Source of the DNA: an uncultured Sulfurospirillum sp.
GTDB lineage: Bacteria > Campylobacterota > Campylobacteria > Campylobacterales > Sulfurospirillaceae
Assembly: GCA_964493845.1 (NCBI GenBank)
Contig: CAZBPU010000002.1
Location: forward strand, 1-41,291
DNA: 41,291 nucleotides
Direction of reading: 5' to 3'
Part shown: piece after piece, positions 8,153 to 17,578 of the stretch
Layout: the number at the start of each line of letters is the position of its first letter
How positions within the stretch are numbered: the first letter of the stretch is position 1
Program-made: the position numbers and the translations under genes
Notes under the pieces: model-generated
Seen by the model: only the letters and a program-made list of their open reading frames with translations
The model's database searches: none
What the model was told of the DNA's origin: nothing

Positions 8153-9295
8153 ATGAAAAAGTATATTAAATATATAGTTTATATAGTGATTATTACTATA
8201 GCGGTTTTAGGATTTTATAAAAAGGTTTATATTCCTAAACATACATTTACGACTACACAAGCAACTAAAGGAAGTATCAATATAAAAGTTAATGGTGTTG
8301 GTAATGTAGGTGCTAGAGATATTTATAAGATTGGTTCTTTATATGGTGGAAAGATTTTAGATTTTAGTGTACAAGAGGGTGAATATATAAAAAAAGATAT
8401 TCTAATTGCTACTATAGATAGTGTTGATTTGGTAGATAAGATTGATGAACAAAAGGCTTTGAAGTTAAAACTATTGAGTGATATAAACTCTTTAAAGGTA
8501 GATAAACAAAGTGCAAAAGTAAATTTTGATTATCAAAATGAGTTGTTTAATAAAAATAAAAAACTTTATAAACTTCACTCTATATCAAGTTTAGATTATC
8601 AAAAATATTTAACTGAAAAAGATACTGCAAAGTTAAAAATTCAAAGTGTTGATGCCCATATAGTTTCTCTAAAAGACCAGATATTGCAAGTAGCAGCTGG
8701 GATTAGTGGATTAGAGAAAAAATTGGCTCATTATATTATAAAATCACCTATTGACGGATATATAACAAAAAAACTTGTTGTAAATTATCAGATTATTATG
8801 CCAAATCAGACACTTATGGAGTTGGTAAATCCAAAAGATATCTGGATTCAGACATATATAGATACTAGGATGAGTGGAAAAGTTAAAATTGGAGATAGTG
8901 CATCTATCAAACTTCGTTCATCAGATAAAATTTATAGGGGTAAGGTTGTTAATATAAATCCTGTTAACAATCCTATAACTTATGAGAGAGAGATAGATAT
9001 AGCATTTGATAATCTTCCTATACCATTTTATATGGAGGAACAAGCAATAGTTAAAATAGAGATAAAAACTTTAAAAAATATTGTGAAAGTACCTACAAAA
9101 GCTCTATCTATATATAAAGAAAAAAATGGTGTTTGGATTTTAAAAGGTGACAAGGTAAACTTTAAGCCACTAAAAATCATAGCTTATGAACATAAAACAG
9201 CTGCAGTTGAGGGATTAAATATAGATGAAAAGTTAGTTATACCAGACCCTAAGAAAAAAGCTCTTAGTGATGGTATGAAAATTTATCATGATTAA
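8153..9295 (+). CDS. periplasmic adaptor (membrane fusion protein), MacA-like
   Basis: N-terminal TM anchor, lipoyl half-motifs (GKI..F.VQEGE and IKSPIDGYI), coiled-coil hairpin. Confidence 0.9.
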   Translation: MKKYIKYIVYIVIITIAVLGFYKKVYIPKHTFTTTQATKGSINIKVNGVGNVGARDIYKIGSLYGGKILDFSVQEGEYIKKDILIATIDSVDLVDKIDEQKALKLKLLSDINSLKVDKQSAKVNFDYQNELFNKNKKLYKLHSISSLDYQKYLTEKDTAKLKIQSVDAHIVSLKDQILQVAAGISGLEKKLAHYIIKSPIDGYITKKLVVNYQIIMPNQTLMELVNPKDIWIQTYIDTRMSGKVKIGDSASIKLRSSDKIYRGKVVNINPVNNPITYEREIDIAFDNLPIPFYMEEQAIVKIEIKTLKNIVKVPTKALSIYKEKNGVWILKGDKVNFKPLKIIAYEHKTAAVEGLNIDEKLVIPDPKKKALSDGMKIYHD

Positions 9296-10433
9296 TTTAG
9301 CATATAAAGATATATCCCACTCATTTAGTAAGTTTATGATAACTGCTATTAGTGTGGGTGTGCTTTTAGGGATTGTTATTATTATGATTGGGGTATATCG
9401 AGGAATGGTGTTTGATGCTAAAGTTTTAGTTAGTGATATAAAAGCAGACATCTGGGTAGTACAACAAGATACCTTAGGCCCTTTTGCTCAAACTTCAAAA
9501 GTACATGAAGATTTAAAAAATCAGATATCTTATCAAGATGGTATTGAGTCTGCAGAGGCTATCACTTTTCAAACTTTTCAAATGGAAAATAAATATGGTG
9601 ATTTTAAGGTTATGTTAGTTGGTTATGACCCATTTGGAAAGATAGATGTTATAAACAGTTCTAAGCTCATCGAGGGAAGAGGTATAAGAAAACAGCACTA
9701 TGAGATTGTGGTATCCAAAAAAACAAACTATAAATTGGGTGAATATATTAAGATGGGAAGAGATAGGTTTAAAGTAGTAGGTGTTACTAAGGATACAGTC
9801 TCAAATGGTGGAGATTATCTGATTTTTACTAGTTTAAAAGATGCTGAAGTCTTACAGTTCACATATACAAATGAGAGAATAAAAAGTGATGATGCTAGAG
9901 GGATAAAAGGTGGAAATCCACATCTCGTAAATGCAATAATAGCTAAAACAAAAGATGGTTATAATCCAAAACAAGTTGCTACAAATATAGAAAAAACAAC
10001 ACATAAAAAAGTTTTTACTAAAGATGAACAGACTAATTTACTTTTAGAAAAAGTTATAAAAAAATCATCAAAACAGATAGGTATGTTTACAGTTATCTTG
10101 ATTATAGTTTCTATTGTGATTATTGCTCTTATTATCTACACTATGACCTTAGAGAAGATAAAAGAGATAAGTATACTCAAACTTATAGGGATATCAAATC
10201 TCACAATTTCTAAAATGATTATTCAAGAAACGATTGTACTAGGAGTTTTGGCATTTATATCTGGAAATCTTTTTGCAAGGATGATTGCAGGAGGCTTTCC
10301 AAAAAGGATAGTTTTGGAGACAAGTGATGCTTTTGGTCTTTTTATAGTAATCTTGATTTCATCTGTATTTGCATCTCTTTTTGGTATATACAAAGTTGTA
10401 AAAACAGACCCATCACAAGCAATAGGGGGATGA
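9288..10433 (+). CDS. ABC transporter permease, MacB/FtsX family
   Basis: One TM, a large periplasmic domain, then three TMs. EKIKEISILKLIG motif. Confidence 0.9.
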   Translation: MINLAYKDISHSFSKFMITAISVGVLLGIVIIMIGVYRGMVFDAKVLVSDIKADIWVVQQDTLGPFAQTSKVHEDLKNQISYQDGIESAEAITFQTFQMENKYGDFKVMLVGYDPFGKIDVINSSKLIEGRGIRKQHYEIVVSKKTNYKLGEYIKMGRDRFKVVGVTKDTVSNGGDYLIFTSLKDAEVLQFTYTNERIKSDDARGIKGGNPHLVNAIIAKTKDGYNPKQVATNIEKTTHKKVFTKDEQTNLLLEKVIKKSSKQIGMFTVILIIVSIVIIALIIYTMTLEKIKEISILKLIGISNLTISKMIIQETIVLGVLAFISGNLFARMIAGGFPKRIVLETSDAFGLFIVILISSVFASLFGIYKVVKTDPSQAIGG

Positions 10434-10437
10434 TGAA

Positions 10438-11151
10438 ATGAAGCAAAATCAATCTATGAAAATAGAAAACTTAGTAAAAAAATTTGGTAAAGGTGAAAGT
10501 GAAGTTACTGTAATAGATGGTGCCAATTTCACTTTAAATAAAGGTGAGTTTGTAGCTCTTGTTGCTCCAAGTGGTGCAGGAAAAACGACTCTACTAATGA
10601 TGTTAGGATGTGTGCTAGAGCCTACAAGTGGCAAGGTTGAAATAGGTGATGAGGTAGTTTATGATAATGCATGGAAAGTAAAAGATGATAGAGAACTTAG
10701 AAGAAAAAAGATAGGTTTTATCTTTCAGGCTCATTATCTTATACCATTTTTAAATATAGAAGAAAACATATCTTTACTGCCATATCAAAATGGAGAATCA
10801 CCAAAGGTTGTAAAAGCAAGAGTAAAAGAACTTTTAGATTATCTTGATATGAGTGATAAACTACAAAATATGCCAAGTGAATTAAGTGGTGGCCAAAATC
10901 AAAGAATTGCTATAGCAAGAGCCTTAGCAAATCAGCCATCAATTATACTAGCAGATGAGCCTACAGCTGCATTAGATAGGCATAGAGCTGTAAGTGTAGT
11001 AAAGATGTTAAAAAATATAACAAGAGAACAAAATGTAACTATTATTATGGTTACACATGATGATAGGCTTTTGCCTTATTGTGATAAAATATTGACAATA
11101 AAAGATAAAAAAATCGAAATAAAGGAAAATTTAGATGAGAAACTTGCATAA
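10438..11151 (+). CDS. ABC transporter ATP-binding protein, LolD/MacB type
   Basis: Walker A APSGAGKTT, LSGGQNQR, ILADEPT, VTHD. Confidence 0.95.
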   Translation: MKQNQSMKIENLVKKFGKGESEVTVIDGANFTLNKGEFVALVAPSGAGKTTLLMMLGCVLEPTSGKVEIGDEVVYDNAWKVKDDRELRRKKIGFIFQAHYLIPFLNIEENISLLPYQNGESPKVVKARVKELLDYLDMSDKLQNMPSELSGGQNQRIAIARALANQPSIILADEPTAALDRHRAVSVVKMLKNITREQNVTIIMVTHDDRLLPYCDKILTIKDKKIEIKENLDEKLA

Positions 11152-12385
11152 AAAAATTGTTATTTTTATTTTATTGTCATTAGCTCTAAATGCATCAACT
11201 CTTAAAGAGATTATGCAGATGACACTAAAGAACAATGTAAATATAAAGTCTATGAATTATGATATTGATTCTAAAAACGAAACTTTAAAAAGTGTTTCAA
11301 ATACTTTAAACCCTACTATAAATATAGGTGCAAATTATACTAAGCTTGATTTTGATGTACGTTCATCTCAAGTAGGAGCTACAACTATGGGTTATATAAA
11401 GTTTGGTGTAGACTTGTACGATGGAGGTAAGAATAGTTCTATAAAAAAGCAGAAGGCACATGAGTTACAATCGACCAGGCTAAGTACAGATGCCTCAACA
11501 AAAGAGATTCTTTTGCAAGTTGTAACACTTTTTTATCAGATAAAAACGATAGAAGAAAATATCTTGGCTTATCAAGATAAATCAAAATCATTATTTGCAG
11601 AGTATAAAAGAGAGAAGCAAAAATATGATATTCAGATGGTAACTATAGATGAAGTATATAAACTACAATCTGAATATGAATCAAATAAATATATCATAGA
11701 AGATTTAAAATATCAAAGATACTATTTATATCAAAACTTATCTCTTTTAGTTGGTAAAAAGATTACGTCAGTTAGTGACTCAAAACTGCCAGAAGTAATG
11801 AACTTAAAATATAAACAAAGTACAAGTATAGAGTCTTTAAAGAGTAGTATTGATGCGATAAATGAAAACATTAATCAAATAACAGCGATAAAAAAACCTA
11901 AGATTAAATTAGAAGATAGTATCAATATATATAACTATAATGATTATGATGAGGGAATTTTAAGAGATTTACCAGACCAACAAAATCAACTTATGCTAAG
12001 TTTTTCTTTGAATCTTTATGATAGTTCTAGCTCAAATAAAAAACAATCAGCGATACTGGCAAAGATGGCTAAGAAAGAACAACTGAATTATGCTATTTCA
12101 AAAGAGAAAATAGCATTTAATTTAGCTACCAAAAAACTTACTACTCAAAAAACAAAAATAGATTCAGTGAAGAGTGCATTAGATATGGCCGTTAGTGTCT
12201 ACGATATAATTCTAACAAAATATCAAAATGGGGTAGTTGATAATATTACATATCTGGATGCTTTAAGTAAAAAAACTATAAATCAATCACTTTATATTCA
12301 AGCTTTAAATAACTATGAGATAGCAAAAGCAAATTACTATTTTAGTAGTGGAGTAAGCTATAAAAAGATGATGGAAAGCTTGTAA
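11135..12385 (+). CDS. TolC-family outer membrane channel
   Basis: Signal peptide, two helical OEP-like repeats, position after MFP and ABC genes. Confidence 0.85.
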   Translation: MRNLHKKIVIFILLSLALNASTLKEIMQMTLKNNVNIKSMNYDIDSKNETLKSVSNTLNPTINIGANYTKLDFDVRSSQVGATTMGYIKFGVDLYDGGKNSSIKKQKAHELQSTRLSTDASTKEILLQVVTLFYQIKTIEENILAYQDKSKSLFAEYKREKQKYDIQMVTIDEVYKLQSEYESNKYIIEDLKYQRYYLYQNLSLLVGKKITSVSDSKLPEVMNLKYKQSTSIESLKSSIDAINENINQITAIKKPKIKLEDSINIYNYNDYDEGILRDLPDQQNQLMLSFSLNLYDSSSSNKKQSAILAKMAKKEQLNYAISKEKIAFNLATKKLTTQKTKIDSVKSALDMAVSVYDIILTKYQNGVVDNITYLDALSKKTINQSLYIQALNNYEIAKANYYFSSGVSYKKMMESL

Positions 12386-12393
12386 AATAAGCT

Positions 12394-12435
12394 ACTCTAA
12401 GTTTAGTGTAGATTTAACTAAACTTAGAGTTTTTT
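12394..12435 (+). terminator. intrinsic terminator of the exporter operon
   Basis: Perfect 14-bp stem ACTCTAAGTTTAGT/ACTAAACTTAGAGT, 9-nt loop, followed by a T run. Confidence 0.8.
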
Positions 12436-12551
12436 AGAATATTTTAAAAAATAGTTTTTTAATTTTGTTAAAAATAGTATTATTTTTTTTGATATATTTT
12501 GCCACTAAAAAATCTATTTTTTTTCTTTCAATAGCTGTTTTTAGGATATAA

Positions 12552-13685
12552 TCACTTTCCCAAAAAGTTTTTGAGTTCATTGATTGCTTTTTCATTTTTT
12601 ATCCTAAATTTTATCTCTATTCTTCTTGAAGCATCTTTATCTTCAACACCATCTATGATAATAGGGTTTGCGTAAGAACGACCACTTGCACTTATATATT
12701 CTCTTAGTATTTTACTATCCTTTGGATATTTTTGGTAAAGAAATTTCATAACTTCTAAAGCTCTTTTTTGAGAAAGTTCAAGATTATATAGGTAAGAGCC
12801 ATCAGAGTTAGTATGTCCTTCTATGACAACTTGGTCGATATATTGCCTAATTTCATCATCAAAAAGAAGTGCATTTATATACTTTTGTAGTACATTGCTC
12901 AACTCTTTTTTTGCTCCCTCTTTGAGTTTAAAACTACTTTGGGTAAACAAGATGTTTGAGTTAAATACAATAGCACCACTTTTAGGGTCTATTTTTATAC
13001 TTTTACCCAACTTCTTTTTTAATGTTGTTACAACTTTTATCCTAATACCTGTTAAATTTTTGATTTTTACTTTTGTTATATTTAACTCTTCTACTATTTT
13101 TTGATGCTCTTTACTCTGTATAAGAAGAGTATTTTCTAGTTGTGCTAACTCTTCATTTTTTAAAATTAGGATGTTGTCTTTTTTATCTAACTCTTGAGTT
13201 AGAACATCGTTTTTACTATTAAGATCTTTTTCTTTTAATTCATAATCAAATATCAAATCTTTTAATTTTTGAATTTCTTCTTTATTTAAAGCAATTTCTT
13301 CTATCTTTGTAGCTATATAATCACCTAGTTTTTGATTTTGATTTTTATTATATAGCAACTCTTTATTAAGAGATTCAAGCCTTTTTTGGGCTGAACTTAA
13401 CTCAAAAGAGAGATGCATATTTTTTTGTTGAGTATCTTTTAGTTTTGTTCTTATATCATTGAGTCGTTGTTTCTTATCTGCTAAAGCACTTTCACTTAAA
13501 CCAAGAGCCTCTTTTTGTTGCTCTAAATCTGTTCTTATAGCTTGTAAGTCTGTTTGAATAAAAACATATTTAACAACAATAGCACCCACTAGAAGAATAA
13601 AAACAAATAATAACCCAGCCATTAAATCAGCATAAGATATCCAAAAGTTTTGTGCTTCTTCTTTGTTTTTATTATCTTGATACAT
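12552..13685 (-). CDS. MotB/ZorB-like protein: single TM, long coiled coil, C-terminal OmpA-like peptidoglycan-binding domain
   Basis: FWISYADLMAGLL TM with the conserved Asp. EGHTNSDG, NLELSQKRA and SRRIEIK OmpA_C motifs. Confidence 0.85.
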   Translation of the reverse strand: MYQDNKNKEEAQNFWISYADLMAGLLFVFILLVGAIVVKYVFIQTDLQAIRTDLEQQKEALGLSESALADKKQRLNDIRTKLKDTQQKNMHLSFELSSAQKRLESLNKELLYNKNQNQKLGDYIATKIEEIALNKEEIQKLKDLIFDYELKEKDLNSKNDVLTQELDKKDNILILKNEELAQLENTLLIQSKEHQKIVEELNITKVKIKNLTGIRIKVVTTLKKKLGKSIKIDPKSGAIVFNSNILFTQSSFKLKEGAKKELSNVLQKYINALLFDDEIRQYIDQVVIEGHTNSDGSYLYNLELSQKRALEVMKFLYQKYPKDSKILREYISASGRSYANPIIIDGVEDKDASRRIEIKFRIKNEKAINELKNFLGK

Positions 13686-14925
13686 TTTTAACTTCTGTTA
13701 AAGAGCTCACTATTTTTGCAACTTCACTATCTATAGTTAGTAGAGTGTTTTTTAATCTATCTGAAAATTTATTGTCAAATTCATTTAGATAAGAGTTAAA
13801 TGACCATCCAATTTGGTCTGTATCTTTTTTCATAACTTCAAAATTTTTGACAATTGCTTCATAAAGTTGCTCTAAATTTTCAGAGTTTATATTTTTGAGT
13901 GCATTTGCAATTTGTGCTAGATTTTCTTCTTTTGATTGCAAAGAGTTAGCAATATGTTCTAACGATAAGTTACTTTTTTCTAGTCTTAACGAAGTCTCTT
14001 TCGCTTCTGTTATCAGGGCTTTAAATTCTTTAAAAAACTCTCCTTGAGTATCTTGAGCTTGTTTTGCAATCTCTAAGTTATCATTCATTATTTTTGAAGT
14101 TTGAGATATAGATTTTTGTTCTAGTTCTATTATTTCACTAAACATCTCTATTCTTTGGTTTAGAGTTTTACTCATATTTTCTATGATTTCATCTTTTGCA
14201 AAGTTGTCAAAAACACTATTTAATCTTTCAAAGTTTTCCATACTTTTTTGAAAATAAGTTTGTTCTATCTCCTCTTTACTCCAAAAGAGTGATTTTGTAC
14301 TATTTCTAATATGATTAATACTTTTTTCAAAAGCACTTATACCAGCCTTATCAAATAGTATCCACCAAATAGAAAGAAAAATACCATAAATTGAGACATA
14401 AAAAGCAGTACCTACTCCACCCAAAAGTAAAGAGATTTCTCGCTCTAAAACGGCAGAAGTTTTTGATGAAAAATCTGGCATAGAAATTGCAATAGATATA
14501 AAAGTACCCAAGATACCAAGAGTAGGGAAAAGCCCACCAGCTATACTTGCAAAATTTTCATCTCTAAGTGTAGAAGTATACTCTTTTGCAAAAGAGTCAT
14601 AAGGTGCATTTGCTTTTTCTGTACCACCTATATTTAGTTCATTCTTTTGTATATATTTTTTGAGTTCATTCTTAAAAAGATTGAGTTCATTTTTAAATTT
14701 ACACGAAGCATAAAAAGCATTATGTTTTAAAAAGGACAGATATAACACAAAGATTATGCCTATTAGGAAAAGACTATGAATTTCAACCCTAAAAGGGATA
14801 ATTTGGAAGTACCCGGCAATGATTGCTAGAAATATTGCTAGAGGGATAAAAAGAAGGTATAGTATCTTTAAAAAACAGCTTGATTGTTGGTCTTGGGATA
14901 AGTCAAAAAAAGTAATATCACTCAT
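13672..14925 (-). CDS. MotA/TolQ/ExbB-family, ZorA-like membrane protein with long C-terminal helical tail
   Basis: FPTLGILGTF and TAFYVSIYGI proton-channel TM motifs, then a roughly 220-aa helical tail. Start moved to ATG 14925 (AAGGA SD, with the -10 box at 14946-14951). Confidence 0.8.
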   Translation of the reverse strand: MSDITFFDLSQDQQSSCFLKILYLLFIPLAIFLAIIAGYFQIIPFRVEIHSLFLIGIIFVLYLSFLKHNAFYASCKFKNELNLFKNELKKYIQKNELNIGGTEKANAPYDSFAKEYTSTLRDENFASIAGGLFPTLGILGTFISIAISMPDFSSKTSAVLEREISLLLGGVGTAFYVSIYGIFLSIWWILFDKAGISAFEKSINHIRNSTKSLFWSKEEIEQTYFQKSMENFERLNSVFDNFAKDEIIENMSKTLNQRIEMFSEIIELEQKSISQTSKIMNDNLEIAKQAQDTQGEFFKEFKALITEAKETSLRLEKSNLSLEHIANSLQSKEENLAQIANALKNINSENLEQLYEAIVKNFEVMKKDTDQIGWSFNSYLNEFDNKFSDRLKNTLLTIDSEVAKIVSSLTEVKNVSR

Positions 14926-14945
14926 ATGGTTCCTTTTTAGTATGA

Positions 14946-14989
14946 AGTATAACACAAATAATTTATTTTTTACATAATTCTGCTAGAAT
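14946..14989. promoter_or_regulatory. back-to-back extended -10 promoters
   Basis: TG-T-TATACT (-, 14946-14954) and TG-C-TAGAAT (+, 14981-14989). Confidence 0.55.
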
Positions 14990-15015
14990 AACAAAAATAG
15001 AATAAGGATTTAAAT

Positions 15016-15513
15016 ATGGCAAAAGAGCATAGTTTTGATATAACAGCAGAGATTGATAAGCAGCATTTAAAAGATGCATATGAACAAGCAAAAAAAGTTA
15101 TCACAAATCGTTGGGATTTTAAGGGAGTTACTTGTGAGTTTGATTACAATGAAAAAGCAAAAGTTATCACACTTGTTAGTTCAAATGACTCTAAAGCAGA
15201 TGCTATGTTTGATGCGATAGTAAGTGAAGCAATAAAACGTGATATCAGCTCAAAAGGTATTAAAGAGGTTAGTAGAGATACTGTTGGTGGTGGTAATACA
15301 AAGATAACAGTTAATATAAACGACACTTTAAGTAAAGAAGATGCAAAAGCAATAGTAAAAAAGATAAAAGATTTGGGTTTAAAAGTAAAGTCTTCAATTC
15401 GAGGAGAAGAGGTTAGAGTTGTTGGAAAATCGATAGATGACTTGCAAGCTGCTATGAAAGCTCTTCGTGAAGCAGATATGGAAATACCTCTTAATTTTAT
15501 AAACTTAAAGTAA
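15016..15513 (+). CDS. yajQ: YajQ-family nucleotide/c-di-GMP-binding protein
   Basis: SFDI, NRWDFKG, IRGEEVRVVGK.IDDLQ and PLNFIN motifs. Confidence 0.92.
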   Translation: MAKEHSFDITAEIDKQHLKDAYEQAKKVITNRWDFKGVTCEFDYNEKAKVITLVSSNDSKADAMFDAIVSEAIKRDISSKGIKEVSRDTVGGGNTKITVNINDTLSKEDAKAIVKKIKDLGLKVKSSIRGEEVRVVGKSIDDLQAAMKALREADMEIPLNFINLK

Positions 15514-15517
15514 AACT

Positions 15518-15826
15518 TTGGAACATGATGAGAAACTATTTCAAATAGAAGTTATGCCAAAAATCGAGGGTTTTTGGTGTAACTTTTATGTTTATATCAT
15601 TTACTTAACTATAGTGTTAGCTCCATTATTGATTGGTCTATTCTTTTGGTGGTATCTTCATAGTGTTTGGACAGGGTTTCTATTTTTTCTATTTTCTGTC
15701 TTAGCAAGTGGTGTTGTAATCTCTAAACTAAGAATAAGCTCAATTCCATTTTCTCAAAGAGAGATGGATTATAGTACAATTGCAGTTGTACGATGGTATG
15801 TAGGCAAAAATATATGTGTAAGGTAG
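15518..15826 (+). CDS. small two-TM membrane protein of unknown function
   Basis: Fills the gap between yajQ and the marC-family gene. Two hydrophobic helices, TTG start. Confidence 0.65.
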   Translation: MEHDEKLFQIEVMPKIEGFWCNFYVYIIYLTIVLAPLLIGLFFWWYLHSVWTGFLFFLFSVLASGVVISKLRISSIPFSQREMDYSTIAVVRWYVGKNICVR

Positions 15827-15830
15827 TAGT

Positions 15831-16427
15831 ATGGGAGCAGAATTTTCAATAATAGGAACAGCAGTTCTTTTGATGTTTATATTAGACCCTTTCGGAAATG
15901 TTCCTTTGCTTTTAGCAATATTAAAAGACGTAGATAATAGAAGAAAAAAATTTATTATAATAAGAGAGTCAATTTTTGGGCTTGTTATACTTCTTACATT
16001 TTTCTTTTTTGGAGAAGCATTTCTCAATATATTTCATCTAGAAACTGCTTCTGTAACAATAGCTGGAGGTGTTATCTTTTTTGTAATAGCACTTAAGATG
16101 ATATTCCCTGGAGAAAAAGGGAATATTGCTCTTTTTGGTGTAGATGACCCTTTTGTAGTACCTATTGCTATACCACTTATAGCAGGACCTTCAGCACTTG
16201 CTACTATTATGATAATGACAAAATCATATAGTGAACATTTTTGGGCTCTCTTCACCTCAGTTATGCTAGCTTGGTCTCTCTCAACTTTTATACTTTATAT
16301 GTCACCAGTTTTGTATAAAATTTTAAAAGAAAAAGGCTTAAGTGCCTTAGAAAAATTGATGGGTATGTTACTTCTTATGTTATCAGTTCAAATGTTTGTA
16401 GATGGTATAAGAGCTTTAGTTGATTGA
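15831..16427 (+). CDS. MarC-family membrane protein
   Basis: DPFGNVP, AGG, VPIAIPLIAGP and MGMLL motifs. Confidence 0.92.
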   Translation: MGAEFSIIGTAVLLMFILDPFGNVPLLLAILKDVDNRRKKFIIIRESIFGLVILLTFFFFGEAFLNIFHLETASVTIAGGVIFFVIALKMIFPGEKGNIALFGVDDPFVVPIAIPLIAGPSALATIMIMTKSYSEHFWALFTSVMLAWSLSTFILYMSPVLYKILKEKGLSALEKLMGMLLLMLSVQMFVDGIRALVD

Positions 16428-17280
16428 TTTACGACTTAAAGGCATGCTCCTCGCTGCAACTGGTATATCTGTTCTTAGTTTTGATGCACTTTTAGTAAGA
16501 CTTATAGATGCAGATGCTTCAGTTATAGCTTTTTATAGAGGTCTTTTTATGGGTTTTATAATGCTTGCTGTATGGCTTATAAAAGGGGAGAAAGATGTAC
16601 TTCCAAAAGCAAAAAAAGAACTTTTTATGATACTTTTTATTGCTATGTTATCAGGTATAGGTACATCTTTATTTGTTTTCTCTGTTAAGTATACAATAGC
16701 AGCCAATACAGTTGTTTTTCTTGCAACTTCTTCATTTTTTGGAGCTTTTTTTTCATATCTTCTTTTAAAAGAGAAGATAAAAAAAGAGACAGCAGTTGCT
16801 ATTGGATTTTCATTTTTTGGTGTAGTTGTTATCTTTGGTAACTCTTTTGGTATTGGAGGAAATTTAATTGGAGATTTTTTAGGGATATTGTTAGCAGTTT
16901 TTATGGGCTTGCAGTTGACACTTTTAAGAAAGTTTAAACATTTTTCACACTATTTTATTATATCGGGAAGTGGATTTTTTTTAATGATCATTATGTACTT
17001 TATAGCTGATGATGTTTTTGATATTTCTCTTAAGAGTCTCTTTTTTCTATTTTTGATGGGACTTATGCAAGTTGTATCGATGTTTCTTATTTATGCCTCC
17101 ACTAAATATATAAGTTCAGCAGAAGTTGGAGTTTTTTCAACAATAGAGACTACATTGGCTCCTATTTGGCTCTGGCTTTTTATAGGAGAAATTCCTCCAA
17201 GTATGACTTTTATAGGGGGCATTTTTGTTATATCTGCAATTTTTATCAATGCCTACCCTCAGATAAAATATAAAACTTGA
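16420..17280 (+). CDS. DMT/EamA-family transporter
   Basis: About 10 TMs in two repeats, with LLKEK and GEIP..GG motifs. Confidence 0.88.
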   Translation: MIDLRLKGMLLAATGISVLSFDALLVRLIDADASVIAFYRGLFMGFIMLAVWLIKGEKDVLPKAKKELFMILFIAMLSGIGTSLFVFSVKYTIAANTVVFLATSSFFGAFFSYLLLKEKIKKETAVAIGFSFFGVVVIFGNSFGIGGNLIGDFLGILLAVFMGLQLTLLRKFKHFSHYFIISGSGFFLMIIMYFIADDVFDISLKSLFFLFLMGLMQVVSMFLIYASTKYISSAEVGVFSTIETTLAPIWLWLFIGEIPPSMTFIGGIFVISAIFINAYPQIKYKT

Positions 17281-17503
17281 CTCCATTACTTATATATATT
17301 ATTATAAAAAAAAATAATACTTAATTTAAAATAAAAAGTAGTGCTACAAGTTGTAACATTAAAAATTAATTGCAAAAAGCATTCATTTCTTCAAGTGACA
17401 AAAAAATGACTTTTTAATCCCTTAATTAGCTGTCTCCCTCTATATTTATAAGAAAATATTATTATACTAGATAAAATTGAATAATTTTTATTTAAGAATA
17501 AAA

Positions 17504-17519
17504 TGACAAAATAGTGTCA
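17504..17519. promoter_or_regulatory. palindromic candidate operator TGACA-N6-TGTCA upstream of soxC
   Basis: Perfect 5-6-5 inverted repeat about 60 bp before the soxC start. Confidence 0.45.
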
Positions 17520-17578
17520 GTTTAAAATATTGATGATAAGACAGGTCAGTTGTAAACAAATAATTAAAGGAGGTTCTA

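Noticed and set aside
12552-14955. Flagellar stator motAB or a complete Zorya system
   Set aside because: The long A tail and B coiled coil do not fit MotAB, and no ZorC/D/E-like ORF is nearby, so no gene symbols were assigned.
17370-17466. Divergent small ORF or sRNA upstream of soxC (minus-strand TATAAT and GGGAG)
   Set aside because: Only a 6-codon ORF far from the SD-like sequence, no terminator, and TATAAT is common in such AT-rich DNA.
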